Source of the DNA: Tubulanus polymorphus
Taxonomy: Eukaryota > Animalia > Nemertea
DNA length: 64,000 bases
Direction: 5' to 3'
NCBI RefSeq assembly: GCF_964204645.1
Contig: NC_134035.1
Span: forward strand, 9,456,451 to 9,520,450
The notes under the pieces are model-generated. The model ran no database searches. It had not been told where the DNA came from and saw only the letters and a list, made by a program, of their open reading frames with translations. The number at the start of each line of letters is the position of its first letter. The stretch's first letter is position 1. Below are positions 14,224 through 29,500 of the stretch, one piece after another. The position numbers and the translations under genes were made by a program.

Positions 14224-17200
14224 TTTCAGCAAGCAGAATTTTCAGTTAATTGTAGAGTAAAACTGTAAGAGAAAGAAGCTGAATTGAAAGAGCATATATT
14301 CAAATTAGGGTCTGGTTTTATTCCGCGTGAGAAATCCCTGCGCAGATTTATCAGAATCAAATCATGCTTTATTCATGTCTCCCGTCGTTGCAAATGCCAG
14401 ACACAAAATCCCACAATCAATTATGACATAACGACTCCCTTCCATCGATCCAGTAAAAATAACCATAGAAGTGTATGCGAACACTTCTGTGAAAAAACTC
14501 ACTCGATCTAAAACGTAATGTTTGTGTTTTTTTGTTTTGTTTTGTGCAACGTTATCATAACTTGTGGAGGAATAAACTAAAACTGAAAACTGAAGAATTC
14601 TAATTCAAATTCTTTATTAACAAATTATTGCATCATAATCGATCGTAATATCCATTCGCTTTTCAATTATCGAATCTCAGGGTATGGTTCGCATACGCAA
14701 CGGCGCAGGACCAAGCAGCACCTTATTAAAGTTATAAAACGGACTCGTCACGCAATGTTGGGATACATCACGTATTTCTCTCGGCATTAATCCATCGACC
14801 TTGAGAATAGCTGTCCCCAGTGGCTCTCGTCTACACTCGAAAACAATCGAACAGTTCCGATCCGATACTGAAAATATTTTACAGCCAATAAAAGTGCGCA
14901 ACGATGCGCAATAGGTGACTCACGTCGAGCCAGACATACTGGAACCGGATCGACCCAGTACTAGAGGCTGATGCTGATGCTGCTGATTCATCAGTCGTAT
15001 ATCGGGGATACCGCGTCTGAGCAGCATCAGCAGGAGTTCCAGCCGCTCTCTAAGCGCGCTACATGCTGAAACAAGGTAATTAAACTTTAATGAATCAATT
15101 TGACTTTCATCGTGTCTATCGACGCGTCGGGAGTGACACACAAACATATACATTCGAGGGGAAGTTTAATTAAGCCAGTCATTTTATGTCACAGTTAACA
15201 TTTTCACAAAACTTGCGGCGAAAATGTTGTCATCCTAGTCCTAGAGGAAAGAATTCGCGAATTACATTCAAACCGTTTATTGTTTGTTTCAAATGATAGT
15301 AATTTTAAAACATAGCACTCATAAAGTGTCGACATAGTCAGGTGCCAAAAGCTCACGGTTTTGTTATGCCCATGGTTTTAACAGCATGGGGTATTTCTCG
15401 GGTTATTCGAATGATTACATCAAAATCGAGGTCTTCACAATATCATACCGCGTATTCAAACAGCGTGTAAAGTGTTTGTTTGTTAGCTGTTTGCCCGGCC
15501 CGTGAGATATTACGCATAAATATTAGTGCTATTCAGGCAACTGGCGGTAAATATTTAAGCAACCGAGGAAATTAGCGAATGATTCCCTCTCAATATGAAC
15601 TACTAACATTCCGATACGAGGACTGCTCTCACTGAGAGCAGCTGATGAGAGGATGCAGGCCGGGTGATTCCTGAGTTATACACCGCGAGGTGCGGCCGAA
15701 TTTTTTACTTTCTAATGCCCTCTTGTGATAGCAGAAACACTTGTTTTAGGTATGAGCCGCGTTTGGCTCGCGGTCGAAAAAATACCCGGAAAAAGGCAAC
15801 ACTGTTGTTTGCGATGATAATTACTTCGGTTGTAACCATTTTGGAATGAGTTGTTTTTCTCACGAATTTTTTTTTCGTGTGTGTGTGTGTGACTGACAAC
15901 GGCATACTTGTAAAATATTAGAGTTTGCACCCGAGGGTAAACTGTTTACACAAGCAGTGCTAGGAATTAATGAGTTTTACACTTCAACTTGACAAAATTC
16001 GCAACTGTTTTCTACGCTTCGTATACAGTTTAGCGCTCATAAACAGTTGCCCGTTAGAAAAACATTGAACGCTGTGTTTGGTTTAGTAAATTACGCTCTG
16101 GTTCGTGAATCCACGTAATGTATATACACAGCGCCGCAAATTGTGGGCGTAACTACCTTTTTTCCGGACGACATTTTATCGCACAACTATGGTTATCAAA
16201 TATGGTATAGAGCGTTAATACATGTATATCTATTACAACTGCGTCAACAATTTTTTTTTAACGCCGCAAAAACCTTACAATTATGTTTGTATACATTGAT
16301 ACCTAGTATGTGTCATTCAAAGGGTTCTGTATGAGTCGATGTGCACTACGTCATCAATAATTGTAATGATTCAAAATAACAAAATACAATTGTGAATTTA
16401 GGTGAGTATATTGAAAAATTACTCTTGTTTTATTTTTGATGAATTTTAATAATCATTTTTGAGAGGATGTGCACTACGTCATCAATATATCGGGCCTGGA
16501 CTGTTCAATTCAATCCAATTATCGATATATTCAAATTTAGAATAACTTTATCGATCCGTGATAATTATTCACTGTCGACAATGTTAAGTGTTATTTTTCA
16601 AGTAGTCAATAGACTTCCAAGTTAGTTTTCTTGTTCACAACTGGCTGCTTGATGTTTGAAAAGCATTAAGTTGTTGACACGCTCTCGATATACGCGAAGG
16701 CAATTAGTAATAATAGTACCAGAAATTGTGAAGCATTTGCCATCAGTTTTACAAGTCGTTACGCGATGTTAGCGCGATTATTGTCGGTGCGTTACTCATC
16801 TTGCCGCGACAAGACATCGCCATTAACGAAGCAAGACGCGCGAAACGATCTTTGTTTTAGAGGGCGACAAATCGAATCAGCCGCGCGCGCCGCCACGAAG
16901 AACAATAGCTTGCACTTTCATCTTAGACCGGTGCCGTGCGATAATTAGCTATACATCAATATCCAATTAACGAAAATCAATTGAAGATGATAAATCACTC
17001 TCTCAGACTCTCGTCTGTTGTTGGTTAGGTGACGCGAACAGATCATCAATTCATTCTTGTAGTCTAATACCCCGTGAAACGCTTTCAGATAAGACATCGA
17101 GGTTTGGTCGCATCTGCAGTAATTAACGACTGGTATCTTCTGCTAGTAAAGACACCCTTTGATATATTAGTATCGAAGTACATAATTAGCCGTAAAAATC

Positions 17201-20200
17201 AATTATTTTTTTTCTATATTTGATCCGTCGAGTAGAGTATCTTTTACCAATTATCAAAGCGCTTTGACTGAAGGGGATTTGTATAAAAAGCCAACGCCAT
17301 TATCTTTTCGTTTTTTCTTTGCTCGGCGAAAATATTGAGTTCAAGGGCAACGATGGAGTTTGGCATTTTATAGAACCTGAAGGTTTCCCAAAATATAAAC
17401 CGTATCGCTTCGTACACTAACGCGTCGACGTCGTCGTAGTTTATTTGCAAATTGAACCCGACGCGTATTGATTTAACAAACCGACGCTTCTATAACTACC
17501 TGAGACAGACAGAGAGAGAATAACGGTACCCCCGAGGCGCGCATATCCATTCGCGCGAATCCGAATCGAAATCGAAGTTGTTAGCACGGCGCGATGTTTC
17601 AGCGTTTCCAGTAGCGCGCACACACCGTCGACGTAAGGCGCGCAGTACTGACGCATAGATATTTTTCCTATCACACACATATACACGGTAGCGTTGATAA
17701 TGATCTCGTCGGATTGCTGATAAGATCAGATCGTCCTTCTCGGCTCAGAAGGTAAGAAGAAATATGGCTGTTTCAGTTACATATTCGCTTTGTTAACCGT
17801 CGAAACCGTCCCTTTCATGCTCGGTCTTTATTAGCTATCTATTTGAAGGTCTGTTTCATGCGCGATCCTTTATTCGCTTTCATAACTTCTCCTTTCAAAG
17901 GGATTAATTATCTTCTCTGTTGTCGAACAGACTGCATATGACTGCTTTTTATGATTCGCCGAGTTCATTGCTTCACTTGAAACCTCGGTAATTCTGGTTG
18001 CAGTATACGTACTTTGATGTTACGATCTAATATGGTCAAAGAGTCCGGATAAAAAAAAATTCCCCACGAATACGTCATCTGTATCTAATCAAAGAGAAGC
18101 TTATTGGATGGTGCAGTATATATATAAGGGGTATGCACTGAATGTAAAGGGTTAAACCCATCCAAACACGGTAATATAAGCCTCACCTGTGGGATCTCAG
18201 TTCTATCAAGAGTTGACGGCTATACTATCGCCGAGCCGTCTAGGGATATGTCGTGGTGATGATGAAATTCATAAATAATGCACAAGCCGTTTGACGTGAG
18301 AGACACGCCAAGTGGGGACTCAACGACTCGCTAACCATGTGCCAAGAGCCGACAGAGATGTATCATACGGCGAATATATGAATTTATTTACATCGGTGCT
18401 TACATTTTGTGTCATAACAACTAAAGGTTTCGTCGTTGAAGTCGGTGAAATCGAATTTGAAAACCCTCGTGCAACGAAGCACTGTGACGTCACTATAATT
18501 GATTGAAGATGAAAAAAATACGAAATATTCTTAGTACGGTTAGGTTAATTTCATTTGGCTGCGGTACGATTTCTTAATGGCGATCTTAGTCATTTTCTCT
18601 CATGGGCGGTTACGACGTTGGCGGAATGATAAATTTCGAATCGCGATAAACTAACTTAATCTCTCGCTTATTCAAGCAGTCGGTATATACGAAAATATTC
18701 GATCATTCGCCGGTAAGCGAATTTAACCGTAATTCTTTATTGGCATAAAACGCGCCACGAACATCAACAGACCGACCAGATGGGCCGTGTTTGTACAGGA
18801 AATACCCGAGTATCGCGTTATATATTTTGAGAATTCCACGCGCAATCTCTGAAAGATACACAACGCGCCAATGAAAACTCGCGCATAGTAGATGTAACGA
18901 TATGAAAAATAATATCAGATCTTATATTAGATACGGAGAACTCGATAGCGCAGGAAAGCAAGCGCGAATACTGGATATTTAAATAGACCCGCACGAAAAT
19001 CCGATATCAGCATTTCTGATGGTTCGGCTCTTAACGTCCGCCATAGTTCGATATCAGTTTCGGCGTCGTGTTCTCCGTGTACTGCAATTTCAAAGGGGCT
19101 ACATTCATCGATTTCGTGGCTGCTGAAGTAGCGAGGCTTTCGATTTCCAAAAGATACAGAAAAATATTCAGCTTAATTTTGGTGACATCTCACATTAGCT
19201 CTATGTATTTCAAAGCAGTTATCAACATTGATAGAATATCAACATCCACTCTAGTATGGGCGGCAGATATTCTATAAAGGGTGGCTGATTTTCAGAGGGG
19301 TGGATGTAAAAATGAAAGGGTTGGACACCCCTCTAAAACTCATTGTGTAGAACACTTGGCGTAAGGGGAACTAAACGCTGATATTGATAGGACATCTCAA
19401 TTAATGCTTCATAAAATATCAATGGTTGATACTGGCATCGCTGTGTATGACACTGTTAGTGATAGTATTCGTGGCGAGGATTTTCATTACTTTTCGCACC
19501 ATTTCGACCAGACACTTTTATGTACATTCAATAGAACGAATCCATTGATTTACGAGGGACGAAGATCGGGATTTAAGACGCGCGATATTTGGTTTTGCGA
19601 ATAGACGGATTTGCGAAAAACAGTCTCGAGTTTGGATCTAGAAATGCGCCATAAGTAACTGCATAGGGTCCTTTTAACCAGCTTTCAATGATTGTTGACA
19701 TTTTCGACAGAAAATGCGAACACTAGAGGCGAAGAAGACTTTACGATGACACCTATCCTACACCATTCGGTGTTGGTAAAAACCTTTTTTTTTTACACAT
19801 TCGAACTTGGGCTAGATACATTTCCATCCTTATTGTGTCAATGATAGACACGAAACTCATCTACGTCAAAAGGACGAATAATTGAAGTATGTTACGTGAA
19901 ACTTGTTTGACTTTGAAGAGATGTTTCAAGTAGCACTTAAGCGTGCCAATTACTAACGTATTTTCGGCCGCATTTCCTTCGATTTACATGTTGATATCGC
20001 GCGATATATCAAAGTCTTTGCGCGTGATGGCGTCTACGTTAACGCCGCGTCGGGGGACAATTTGCATTCCGAAGTCGTTGACTTCTGGTCCGTGATTTCC
20101 GTTGGGAATTTAGTCATAAAATACAACGCGAGAGACACGCGTGCAAAACGAGTTTGCCAATATCCGTATACAGATTCTTCTAGCAGGAATTAATTGCAAT

Positions 20201-20964
20201 CGGCCCTCTTCCGACGCGGAATCCCGATTCGAATTAAACCTTTCTTCAAAGAGAATGACGGATAAGGAGGCGTTTTGCAGTCAAGAGCAATGGCGCAGTT
20301 TTTCCAAAATTTTATGTCCCCACATCGTGATCTGCCTAAGATTGAAAAGGCGATTTACGCCGAGTTTAGTTTCATTTATCACGACGACATTCACAACAAA
20401 CTATTCTAATGCATTAGAGAGAAAGAGTGAGAGAGAGGGGGGAGAGAAAGAGGAAGAGAGAGGGGAGAGAGAGAGGGAAAGAGAGGGAGAGAGTACCACG
20501 GTGGTTCTAATCTTCTTAGTTCATTGAAGATATTTTTGCATAAGTCGCGTCTTACGAATCCATTGTAAACGCGTTTCAAGTTGCTTCCTTCCTTTCGTCC
20601 CAATTTCAGCCCTGCCGCTCACATTCATTCGACGGTGGAATTAATATTCTCGTTTCATGTCCGCTAATGTGTATACTGGTGTTATTGATATTTAGTTCTC
20701 AGCGATGGGAACGATATAAGGGACGCGCGGGCGCTCGCTGCTGCTAAAACGACAAGTAACAAAACTAGTCCATTAACCCGTGGAATATCCAAGAATAAAT
20801 CGAACTCGGGAACATAATGACATTCGCTAGTCAACGTTTCATTTACCAGTTCATTCGTCAGTGTAATACCATCGACTTTTCTCCTTGTTTTATAGAGTTT
20901 TTGTTGGCGAATGCCACCTTCCCAATAAATTGACTAAAATGTTCTTATTATGTAGTATAGGATT

Positions 20965-21370
20965 TTTTTGACGCCGTAAAACCGTTACAATAAATGTTTA
21001 CACTTTGATACTTTTAGTACGTGTTATTGGGTTCTAAATGAGTCGATGTGCACCACGTCATCAATATTGGCTTTTCAAATAACAATTACCGTACAATTGT
21101 GAATTTTGGCATTTATGTAATTAGATATATTTCGATATAGTCCTATCTTATTTTTGATAGATTTTAATGATTTTTTTGAGAGGATGATCATTATACTCGG
21201 GGCTAGACTGGTTGCCGGTCAATTCAATTCAATCGTCGATATATTCAAATCCAAAATAACTTACGACTTCTTACGATTTATGTTATATTATTGATTGTCG
21301 ACAATATTATTAAGCAATGTACGCGTTATATTACAGGGCGGGAATAAACTTCAAGTTACTTTTCTTGTTT
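20965..21370 (+). repeat. ~400-bp dispersed repeat; copies at ~16255-16640 (+) and ~7525-7935 (-)
   Basis: Shared blocks gacgccgtaaaaccgtt, gatgtgcac.acgtcatcaat, gagaggatg, caattcaattcaatc and gatatattcaaat. Confidence 0.75.
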
Positions 21371-24300
21371 TACGTTTTCGTCAACGAAGCCAAATCTAAT
21401 AAAACGCGTACAATGAATTGATATATCGTTGCAACAAGTAGATCTATTTACGTAACACTTAATGAGGTCTTGCCAGACAGTAGAGATAGGGATTCCTGTA
21501 TTAAGATAAAGACATCATCTTCCATCATAGTTATCAATGATTTCGACTGCGAACCCTTCTCTTAATGAGGTGCTATACACGCAATAGACGTAGTTACGTC
21601 ATATGGGATTATCTCGGTAGACAGATAATCTACTATACGGATTAATTAACAACTACTTGAATTATGCATTCGTTCGGATGCCCCGCATATATTTGGCGGA
21701 TTATACAATTTTAAACCGGGGTGGCTTAAACCTTAAGTGAATGATATACTTATGCACCACTTGTGTTCATAGCATTCCTGCGTTAATCCTAAATAATACC
21801 CCTCAGGGAGTGAAATCTGCAATGTAAGCCTTTCATACAGTTCGGAGAATTTTTCCTCGGAGAGAATACTTAAAGAGCCGAACTGGCATTTCTTCGCTTC
21901 ACGATTTGACATACGCGTATATCGGCGTTGTTAAAAACCTCCATCAAAAGTTGCGCTCCCGGCGTTCGACAGCGCCGGAAAAAAACCCCGACACGACGGC
22001 GATGATTTACCCGGTGAAAATGAATCCGAATCTTGGAAATATAAGACCGTATAGCGAGAATATTATGTTTTTGTCCGACGCAAAATCGACGATTCCGAGT
22101 AGCCGCGTTCGTAAAATTGTACAAGCGCGCACAGATTTAAACCGTGTTCCCGCCGATGTTAACACGCATCTTTAAACAAGATAAATACGCTCGGCCAACT
22201 CATCGCGTACGAGATAAACCAGCCCTACAGCAACTTGAGTCCATCATTTTCGAACGCGATGATGAATGCTTTTTAGTCGTCTCGATTTTCTATAATGCAT
22301 GTGGTCTGAGTGTTTGCTCTTAACTTCCAACCGAGTTCGATGCTTGTTTTTGTACTCGGTTTTCGATCGCTTTTCGCCATATAAAATAAATAGTCGGAAA
22401 GAGCGTTTGAAATGTAATTGATCGATCATTGTTTATAGATTCCAGTATTTGGTGTTAGTACATATATTTATACGTGAAACATGTTGTGTCCCGGTATATT
22501 TAGTATATACAATTGCCACCAGGGGATCATAAAGTGAACGGTATTGTATCTTCATTAACCCAAACCTATTTCGACCAAACTTGGTACGTGGATCGTTCCG
22601 CCTGTGTTGATTCACATATCGACCTCATTGGTGGCGCTTCATTCGAGCTACCACTGTCTCATGACCACTTCCAGGGGCGAGTCCGGGGGGAGGGAGGTTC
22701 CGAGTGTTCTGGAATACCATCGAGCTTTGTCTGTGCCCCTGGAGCGCACTCAATCGGCATGATTTGGCGTAGTAAGTGCCCCTGAAAAGTTTGATTTTAA
22801 GTGCCCTTTCTCGTGATTTGACATAGAAAGTGATGCTCTCCCCCATAATAGTGAGTGCCCTGATAGAATTCGGAACCCCCTCAAGATAGGACCCTGGATC
22901 CGCCCCTGACGTTGACTGAAAAATCGTCGTACAATACGAACTATGTAGCAGAAAACCCGTTATAGCTGATTTGCAGCAGTTTCTATCATGGTTGATTGAT
23001 TTATTGCACAATTTGAAGAATTACGAAGAGCTTTTGTTACATTTGCTAATGATACTAATGCTTTATATCGTGTTCCAATCCCGTCTATAAAATTGACAAA
23101 TGATTTGACGAAGTTCACGAGATAGAAATCTCATGGAAAAGTGTCTAACTGTGGACCATGTCTAACTGTGGTGGTGAATTTCACGGCTACACACCTCGCA
23201 GATACCGGACTCGCCAACCGAAGACGTTAATTGTCTGAGACTTCATTAATGGCCACGCGCATTGATTGGAAGTCGTCACCTCTGAGAGTTAGTTAACGAG
23301 AATTAACCGGACGAAAATCAATTAGTCGCTTTCCAATCAGCCGATGATATAAATCAACAATTAGCGCGAGCGAAGTGACGAGAGTAGCCATTGATTACGC
23401 ATGTACCGTGGAGATATTAGGTTTTGTCTCGGCATACTTTCTATAAATATGCACTTTTAAATGTCTTAGCTCCTCTTTCGTCAAGCGTAACTTAACGCTA
23501 TAATTACCGCATTATTTATACAAACTAATGAAAGCCTATAATTTGTGCGCGAATTCCGGTTTCGACTCGGTCACAATGAAAGCGGCAGTTTGCGAGTATT
23601 CTATAACGGTGTTTTTGACGCGGTAATCGCTTGCCCCCAGCGGTTCAAACGATAATTATAAATACAACTCTGCTCATGACAGAATGTCGATATATAGGCG
23701 ATTATTATTTATTCATAAACGCGTCCATGCTTTGACTGTTTCTGCGAGCTTGGAATTCGATATACCCGTGCGGTGTTATAATATCCGACAAGTAGGTGTT
23801 CAAGGGAAATGTCCTCGTGTCTCATGACGAGAACCAGCTCCGAGTGCAACTGTAGCCTAGAGACTTTCGACAACCGGGTAAACCTTGAGTCTACTGAAAT
23901 TAGCAAGTTTTCAAGCGCTTGAAAATATTTTGTCGTGACCTCTATAATAGCCTCGTCCACACTTGGTTCTTATACCCGGGTTACGCAAACACCGGCTCAA
24001 TGCAGAGTTTTATGCGAAAATCCGTGTTTTAGAAACCCTTCTTCAAAATGAAGGGTACACTCCGCGTTGAAACAGCATTAGAATCTGACTGCATTTTTTC
24101 TAGTGTAGACGGTAAACCCGCATTCAATGCAGTGTTCGAGCTCCACAATTGACCTTGAACTTGAACTACGGACGTGGATTCTATCTAGACTGGTTGCCAG
24201 TCTACCTTCAGTTCTATTCTGACTGCGAATGCAAGTGGTGCAGAATTGGACAGGCAACCAGTTTACGTGGATTCATACTTCCGAAGCTGGGCGTAGACGC

Positions 24301-26215
24301 TATAACTCGCCGCCAACGCGGGTTCGTCGAACCCGTGTACATCGAAACCCGGGTTCAACAGTGTAGATGTAGCTTATAATTCCGGGTTTCGAATATTCTG
24401 TCGAATAGCTTACGGGGCCAGTATTGGCGGCTTCGATCTGTTTTGGGTTGGTCGCCTATAATGAATTCATTTATCAAATGTCGATCTGTGAAGCCCTGAG
24501 AGATGAACACGTGTATTACCGCCACAGAGCCGTGTGTAATACTAGACACGGTTCAACAACCAATAATCAAACGATGAAACGTTCGGAACACTCGATTGCC
24601 AGAGGCGACACTCTGTGACGGACTATCCATCGTGTACATGAATTGATCGGCAACATTAAAACCTGATTAATGACAAGTAAATCCACCGCTATCTGCCGAT
24701 ATGATATTGACGGTTTGCCTGGCAAAATCTATACGACAGTCTAGCCGGAACAGACTGGTATCCATCAAAGCTGGGTCGTTATTGCCCTTATTTGATAAAC
24801 CTATAGAAAATGAAAGTTTGCAAGGATATTTTACACTTTAATAAAATTCATTTCTGCAAATGCTAAAAATACAACCAATAAACCAACTACAAATAGAAAC
24901 ACAAAATTCATTATCACATTTAATTCAACATAATCAACATGTTCGCCATTAGGAGCCAGAAAGTGACTTCATATTTGACGCTAATTCCCTAAATATTGAT
25001 ATGAATAAAACCTTAATCGATGTTGATTATGGCACCTGAAAGAAATATCCCCTGGATACGGTTAGCCCCTATTCCTCTGACTCCGTCTCCTGCCGACTGT
25101 GATGGGATTAAATAAACGACGCACGAACGGAGTCGCACAAAAGCTTCGTGTTGCGCGAGAGATACATCGGACATTCGACAAGAACGGCGCATAATGGAAA
25201 CATAGCTAGAGGTGCTATTTCATATTGCGACGACAACGACGCATCTGTCTCTTCCACATCAGACGCACAATAACCGTATACCTCGTCAACGTCAAACCAT
25301 TCACGAATAGTCGTTGTTCAACTCGTCAGTCAGTACAAGGGATATGGGATGACTGTTGGATTTACCTCCCGTAGCCGCTGTGAGATTTCATTTTTTCGGA
25401 CCACATATCACGTAAGTTTTGCAAAGATTATCAACCCATTTCGACGTCCAGTTAATCGAACGTGTTTTGGGCCCTTTAGAACCAGGGGCGGATCCAGAAA
25501 TTTTGAATAGGGGTTCCAAAATATCCGAGACATACAAGTAATTGGTACATGGACAGAGCGCTGTAGACGCAAAGTCTTGAGGGGGTTTGGGTGGACAAAA
25601 TGATTTGTAAAAATAGATCATTTTCGGCGAATCTATAGCGAGTGATTCTAGAAAAAAATGACCGACAATAATTTAACACTGTGTGTAACTTTCTTAAGCC
25701 CGGTTGTGGAAATGTTATCTTGGCAGGGGCGCTAAAGCCTCTGGACCCGCCGCTGAGAAAATTAGAATGATTTACTTCTCGACCAATTTATTCCCTATAA
25801 ACTGTTTTAGTCCCGAGAGCGTATTTAGATGTTTCGTACGCGAAAACGGCATCGGTGAGCATGTGGTTGAAATGTCAATTTTCCGTAACACGCATATTCG
25901 TCTCGTCAAGACGGTGTGTGCTCAACGTCGGCTCGGTAATTCAAACGGAGAAACAATACGGCTTATAGAAGCTAGAACAATATACCCGCGGAAGATCTTT
26001 ATAAACGGAGCTGACTCACGGGCAGTCTAAAGTAGATAATTGGCCGACGACGGACGAAAATTCCTACATCTCAAATAACGAGGTAAACGAAAGAAACGCC
26101 ATGATCACATTAACCGTGTAGATGTTTGGTTGTCATGCAAGCTCGCGGTTCTCATTTCATTCTCTTGTAAAATGAGGAAGGATTTCTACATCGAGTATGA
26201 ATTTAATTTTTATAA

Positions 26216-26420
26216 AGAGAATCCCGCGATAATAACGACAAAATCAAGTCCGAAAATATTTCCTTAAGCTGGTAATTTAGTCGACGTTTCCTATTCTAAT
26301 AGTCATACTGAGTTACAACAGAAAATAGATGACTAACTCAGTATTCCTGAAGATGATTATTGGATTATAGTCAGGAAACGTTGAATAAACTACTGGCTCA
26401 AGGAAACATTTTCGGACTTG
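26216..26420. mobile_element. degenerate palindromic Penelope-like fragment (CUGAAGA hammerhead family)
   Basis: Inverted arms caagtccgaaaa...gtttcc / ggaaacg...ttttcggacttg; contains gtattcCTGAAGAtgattat...atagtcagGAAACGTTgaata. Confidence 0.6.
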
Positions 26421-26558
26421 ACAACATGGATATAGTTTTTTTTTATGGACGGTTATCAGTTAGATTTTTTCGCCGCGGCAAATTCGTTCTAATGACTATT
26501 TCAACTTATCGGCTGGCCTAGCTCAATCAGTTTTGGTGGTACATTATGATGGTCCATT

Positions 26559-26587
26559 CATGGACGAATAAACAGTTTACGTCCACG
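26559..26587. repeat. 29-bp copy of the CATGGACG palindrome family
   Basis: Perfect 7-bp duplication gtccatt on both sides. Confidence 0.75.
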
Positions 26588-29500
26588 GTCCATTCTGGTC
26601 CCATTAAGACTTTTATTGTCAGGTATGTACTACCTTAACTGACTGAACAGACACCCGATATTCGTTCAAGTTATATCAAAATAGACATGAGACTGCGGGT
26701 ATTGCTAGATTAAGAAAATGCAATATACGCGTATATTGATTACTACTGGTTGGTAAATCGAGAATTTAATATTCGATGCCTAAAACCTTATTTTTCTATT
26801 TATCCATAGTTGTGCATGCTTTTAACCGGGGAAAAAATCGGCGAATTTTCTCGAGAGATCCATGCCATGAATAAGCGATGTCACGATCTTAATTTTCCTC
26901 TTTGATTAGTCGCCGGAACATCAAGTGAAATTCTTAAGTTTACTCGTGAAATATATGTAACCGCCAAAAGGCTAAGTGTTGAAAGACTCTTTGAAGGCTT
27001 ATACAAAATCAAACGTGATGATTGTAGTTAGCAGCGATATGCGCGCATATACGCAATTACTGATTTCAAAGGTGTTACTATTACCTAAAAGCGATCGGTT
27101 AAATGAGTAAATTAGGCGTGATGTTTTTACTATTATGTATCGGTGGTTGATCGTGCTGCCGGTGTTTGTGAGGTAACACCCGAGATGAATAACATAAACA
27201 CGAATATACCACGTCATCGACAATGATCACCAAACCGCGATAAATCATTCGCTGTATAAATATAACTTCTGGATCAGACCAAAAATGGCCATACCGCTGT
27301 TTGCTGTTCTTGGGAGTGGCTCCGTGTATTTTTGACGAGTTTTTTTTTTAACACTCGTCGAAAGAAAAAAAAAACAAAAGCAGAAATTGCTCGTGGACAT
27401 GTTCGTTATTTTCTAATTTTTTTTTCGCGAACATCCACCCAAATATTTGTAATCACATACCGTTCAAATATCTAAATGTCGAACGTACAAAATGATGAAT
27501 ATCCAGTGCCCGAAGCGTCGGCAATCGTCGTTTCATCAACGGATTTCCGATCGATTCGGAGCACACGCGAATATTTAGTCGTATTCGGTTTATTAGTGGT
27601 TCGGTGTTGTTCGCACGGGCGTAACATGTAAAACCGTTTGAGTTATTTCATTCACATGTGACATTTTCATTCACCAACGCGTAAATCAATCGGCTTCAAA
27701 AGATGCAAGAAAAGTCAGTAAATTTTGGCATTTGTCGAAGTGACTTTGTGTGTTTATACGACTGTCGGCGATTTTACCATTTACGATCAGATCGGTGATT
27801 TGTGTAGTCTAAAAACGAAATCGAAGCGCTACTAAAATTGATCTGTGTTTTGAGGAAAGCGTTGCTTTTGGTATCATCGACGTTAATAACATATTCTAAA
27901 GTTTATGGGTCACCATTGTCGTTTTCAAATTTCGTCGATTGTTCAAAACAGCAGCTTTCCATTTGGCGTTACCCATTTTTCTCTACACGTATTTCGTATT
28001 TCTCAACCTATGGCTACAGTGATGGCCTTGTCTTATTGACATCTAGGCATATTGTTGTCCAAGAATAAAATGGCATTCATATCTTCATAACTTAGTTGTG
28101 TCGGTGATACTTTATACACTCATCTCAAGATGGCCGCAACTTACAAACGGGCAACGCTAGCGAATATTCGATTTCCTAAATCCAATCACTCGTCGTGATC
28201 GTGTATAATCTCGCCCCGATTCGACCGTGAACGGAGAAAAAAGACGCGGCGATGATTCGCTTAATAATAAGAAAACGCTCGGCGCTGTTACAACTCAGAC
28301 CGGTGACTCACAGAACGGACCGCACTAAACACGCGTAATCCCTGAAAATACAGTTCGGCGCGCGACGATCGCCTAGCGCATCTCGGTGCCCTTTACCATT
28401 TCGTTTGAAATATTATCCGACTTCAATTACACCAACTACTAATTGAAAAACGCGGCAGCAGCGCGCGCACTCTCTCAGATTCAAAAGAGCCATTTCATTT
28501 CATCTTAATTACTCCGTTATAGTCACGACGTTTATTGAATATACTATATACAAATCTGAAGCGAGCGATGACTCAAAACGAATGAATGAATGAATTTGAT
28601 GATGAATCACCAGTAACGAATAACGGTGACTGTTATATAGGCTTTCCATAGAAATACTTGTGTGAATACTTGTTGAGATTTTGGCTGAATTAATAAGGGT
28701 CTCTAGGACTGCTTGATTCCTTTTAAAAACTCATTCTAAACAGAATGCTCTTTTGCTTGAAACTCTTTTAATTTGAGCAAATTGTCAGAATATCCTTCAG
28801 AACTCCTCCAATTTAGAGAAATAGGCAATAAGAAATTTTTTAATGTATGTAAATGAATGCCTAAATATGTACAGTTGGGACGAGGATTTTTTTAACCCTA
28901 TTAGGCGGTTACCGAATAAAAGAAATCGCGTTTAGTGCGCAAAGGATAAAAATTTGCTTACACAACCACCGAAATAACGGTTTACCAAGATAAACAGTAC
29001 TGATTTAGGAGAAAGCACAGTATGAGATATGATGTGATGCAGACACTTCTTCGAAATTTGAACTTTTTTCCCTTAACAACTTCTCAATATCCAGGCCCTG
29101 ACCGATCTGCAGCGGCCCTGTTCAAATGTTGTTTTAGAAATATGATAGATACGCACTGCATGTATAAGATACCGAGATTACCGCGGCAATTTCATCGTGA
29201 TGTCGAACTATTTATGAGAATCAAACTTTTGTTCGCCGTAATGAAATAATTAGTAAAATGCCGATGTCGAAACTGTGCCACTTGTCACTCGGGGTCGTCA
29301 ACGGATCCGCCTGCATTAATTAACTTCTGTTAATGACCCGTGTATATATTTGCATAATAACGAATAAATCAATTTGAAACATTACGACGCTGCTGCCCTT
29401 TTGGCGCTGATAACAACAGTTTGTAATGAATATCCAGGCGCCTATAGACATTTCACAAATACTCGTCAATCATTCGGCACGTACTTTACACCCATAAATA

